Below, in pieces: positions 61,479 to 64,000 of a stretch of DNA of 64,000 nucleotides. The DNA comes from Schizosaccharomyces osmophilus (lineage: Eukaryota), in the NCBI RefSeq assembly GCF_027921745.1, contig NC_079239.1, positions 1,364,001 through 1,428,000 on the forward strand, given 5' to 3'. The notes beneath the pieces are model-generated. The model worked only from the letters and a program-made list of their open reading frames with translations, searched no databases and was not told the DNA's origin. Numbering within the stretch: position 1 is the stretch's first letter; each line of letters begins with the position of its first letter. Made by a program: the position numbers and the translations under genes.

Positions 61479-61791
61479 TTTTTTCCTGTCTCATTAGAAG
61501 ACAGCTTTCCCAACTACGTGTGTACCCCCTTTTAATTTATTACCCTCATGTTCATTTATTTTTCCATAATTAGTTTGATAAAAACGATAATGTAACCAAG
61601 CGAAAGCATTGATTGAAATCAAAGTAAGCTTTCATCGTGAAGAAAAAAGGACAGAAAGAGACAGTATTATTGATTAATGAGTTTAGTAAAATACCCACTC
61701 CAACGTATCGTAAAACAATTAAATCGAATAATTAGAAACAAAAACTTTTAAAAAACTTTCTAAGTAGTCTGAAACAAAATACTAAATTGTT

Positions 61792-62874
61792 TCAACAATA
61801 AGCTGGAGGAGCTGGCCCTACGCTTTCAAAAATCGGAGGACATTCTTCATCCCAGCTAATGCCCAAACCAGCAGGGCTTGTTAGGGGTTGAGGAATGGAC
61901 ACTCGCAAGATACGAGCATTTCCAATATTACTTGTTGCTCCCTTTCGTCGATTGACAATAGCTTCGATGATTAGGTAGTGAGAGATTTTCAGATTAAATC
62001 GACCAGAAAGTTCTGCATCACAAGTAGGTTCCCGGAATGCAGCAGCGTTAATTTGGCAAGTCAAAAAGAATTGATGATCAACGAATTTCCACCCCGATTG
62101 CAAATCTTGGGCACTAAGGATTTTTTTCTCTTGGACAGTACGAAATCGAATAGTTTCTTTATGACGATCACAAGGTTTGGGGGTATAATTTAAGTGTTCT
62201 TCTAGACGCCAAGTAACCCTAGTGACTCCCCATTCGCTCCCATCAGTCTGTAAAAAGCCAGTCATAGTGATTTCCATGAGGGCAACTGTGTGAGGATGCA
62301 GGATACTCGACATGGTAATATTGGCAACAAGATCGGTTGGGGGGAAAATTCGCTTGTGGATGGTATCTGAGCCAGGAACAAAGGCTCTTTTAAGTTCTAA
62401 GGGATATTTCATAATTTCAGGTTTATAAGGAGAAAGGCCTCCATCTGGAGTTGCATAGCAAAACATAGCCTCCAAGTAATATTCGACACTAATGTGTCGT
62501 GTAGAAAGTGTGGCAGGCAGCGTACCAGGAAAAAGCCAACTAAACGGCCAAAACTGTGTTCCGCTTGGAAATTTTGCATTTGAAATAAACACCCATTCTT
62601 GTAACACTTCTATTGAGCCTCCACAATCAGAGCAATGAGATACGGGGGGATGATGAACGGAGATTTTCTGCTTCAACTGAAGTTTTAATGAGTGAACATG
62701 AACAAACGGTTGATGAAGGATTGTGAGTTTAAATATTCCCGAAGCCAAGGCGCCGGTGGAAGTCTCTGGGGGGCCCAAGAGGACGAGAGGAGGAGACTCC
62801 ATCCGAACATCCATTTGGCAATGGGATTCGCGAGCATGGCTGGACGAACGAGGGAGAGACAGTTTTAAAGGCAT
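61792..62874 (-). CDS. any1: Arrestin-related ubiquitin-ligase adaptor Any1/Arn1 (Ldb19/Art1 family)
   Basis: MESPPLVLLG...STGALASG, HKRIFPPT, GLGISWDEECPPIF, terminal PPAY (PY motif). Confidence 0.93.
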   Translation of the reverse strand: MPLKLSLPRSSSHARESHCQMDVRMESPPLVLLGPPETSTGALASGIFKLTILHQPFVHVHSLKLQLKQKISVHHPPVSHCSDCGGSIEVLQEWVFISNAKFPSGTQFWPFSWLFPGTLPATLSTRHISVEYYLEAMFCYATPDGGLSPYKPEIMKYPLELKRAFVPGSDTIHKRIFPPTDLVANITMSSILHPHTVALMEITMTGFLQTDGSEWGVTRVTWRLEEHLNYTPKPCDRHKETIRFRTVQEKKILSAQDLQSGWKFVDHQFFLTCQINAAAFREPTCDAELSGRFNLKISHYLIIEAIVNRRKGATSNIGNARILRVSIPQPLTSPAGLGISWDEECPPIFESVGPAPPAYC

Positions 62875-64000
62875 GAAGAAGGATGGATTAAGGAAATCGG
62901 AATCAAAAAAAAAAAAAAAAAAACAAGAAGCAGGATGACTCTGGAGAAGTAGTGAGAGATTGCAAAGCTTAGAAGAGACGCAAATAAAATAGAGAAAAAA
63001 AGAAATTACTAAAACGGTATGGCGTATCTACACTCAAGGATGAAGGAATACTTTTGAGTGAATAGAATAGAAAGAAAGTGCATAGATCAATAATTGTCGA
63101 CATATAATCAAAATTAGACAATCTGGAGGGAAAATGTGAAATAGCGTCCAACTATAGCGAAGAAAATTTTGGAGAGTTCGAAGAACACACAAAAAAAAGC
63201 AAAAACGACAAAAAGAAAATGAATAGAATATTGGTGTAATAACTTTTCAATAGAACCGACGGTTTTGTATTGGACCTGCCGGTCTAGGAATCAACACAGA
63301 AAAACATGCACCGTCAAGTCAAAAGAGCTTTCCAGCCAACGCCGTTTAATTTCTTTTTGTTTTTGTTTTTCGAATAAGCGCCGAGAAGGCTGATAAACGT
63401 ACTGAAGACCTGCTATCAGTGAAAAACAAAAATACGCTAAGAATGAAAGTTTCACAGACCGCTTCGTTTAATTTTTCCAACAAAAACGATCGCGTAAAAC
63501 GTCAAGACTTTTGAAGATCACAAACGATCAACAACCTTTAAAGAAACGGAGTCCTTATGAGCGGATAGATTTCCACAACAAGTTAAACCGCGATTCCTCA
63601 ATCTTCCTGAAGCTTGTTGTCTGCGGAAAGAAAAAAATTCTTAGACACTACAGTTGCATAAAATCATATACCGATATGCTCTGTAAATCATTAAGCATCG
63701 TTGTTTTTTTGTACCTATTTTACCGCTACTCGTTCTATAATTGTATTTGTGAATAGCGAAGCCACATTGCTTCACAAAACACTTCGCTAACTTTGCTGGA
63801 GGAAAGTGGCCTTCAACATAAACCAACCACACTCTTCCTAATTTCTACTTATCCTCTGCCTAAAACATTGCCACTACCATTGCTCCAGGATCCCTCCTTT
63901 TTACCGTTGAAATACATTGGCATAATACTTTAAAAACTTTAATTCAAGACTTAAATACTGAAGAACCATCGTCGCAGAGGCTTGTTTGATAAGATTCTGT

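Overview
Gene-dense fission-yeast (Schizosaccharomyces) chromosomal DNA. The proteins resemble S. pombe proteins but are clearly diverged, so it is probably an octosporus/cryophilus/osmophilus-type species (inference). From memory, gene order matches the S. pombe chromosome II block osh2-rpl17-ebs1-mrpl7-byr2-mlo3-clg1-scr1-pfd1-fis1-end3-mrt4-trs20-rpa34-sme1-mtr10-lcf1-tif35-tRNA(Trp)-sce3-WDR44-swd2-WBP4-ubp4-CHY-saf4-ppr2-rpl7-rps14-rps16-cdk11-vhc1-mhr1-vps38-any1. I rebuilt exon structures by hand from GT-AG and branch-site signals. I see no transposon, CRISPR array or rDNA. The interest lies in non-coding structure: (1) a strand-specific cluster of eight Mmi1/DSR hexamers upstream of byr2 (nam1-like lncRNA); (2) a C/D snoRNA and a perfect hairpin in the rpl7 intron; (3) long, self-complementary introns in sme1 (with an Sm-site-like motif and a possible alternative 3' splice site) and mrt4, suggesting autoregulatory RNA elements; (4) rpa34 and sme1 CDSs overlapping at their stop codons; (5) mirror-image AUG-free leaders with one distal uORF each on clg1 and scr1; (6) a tRNA-Trp with a wobble-weakened anticodon stem. 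Orthology calls come from recognising the sequences, not from a database search.
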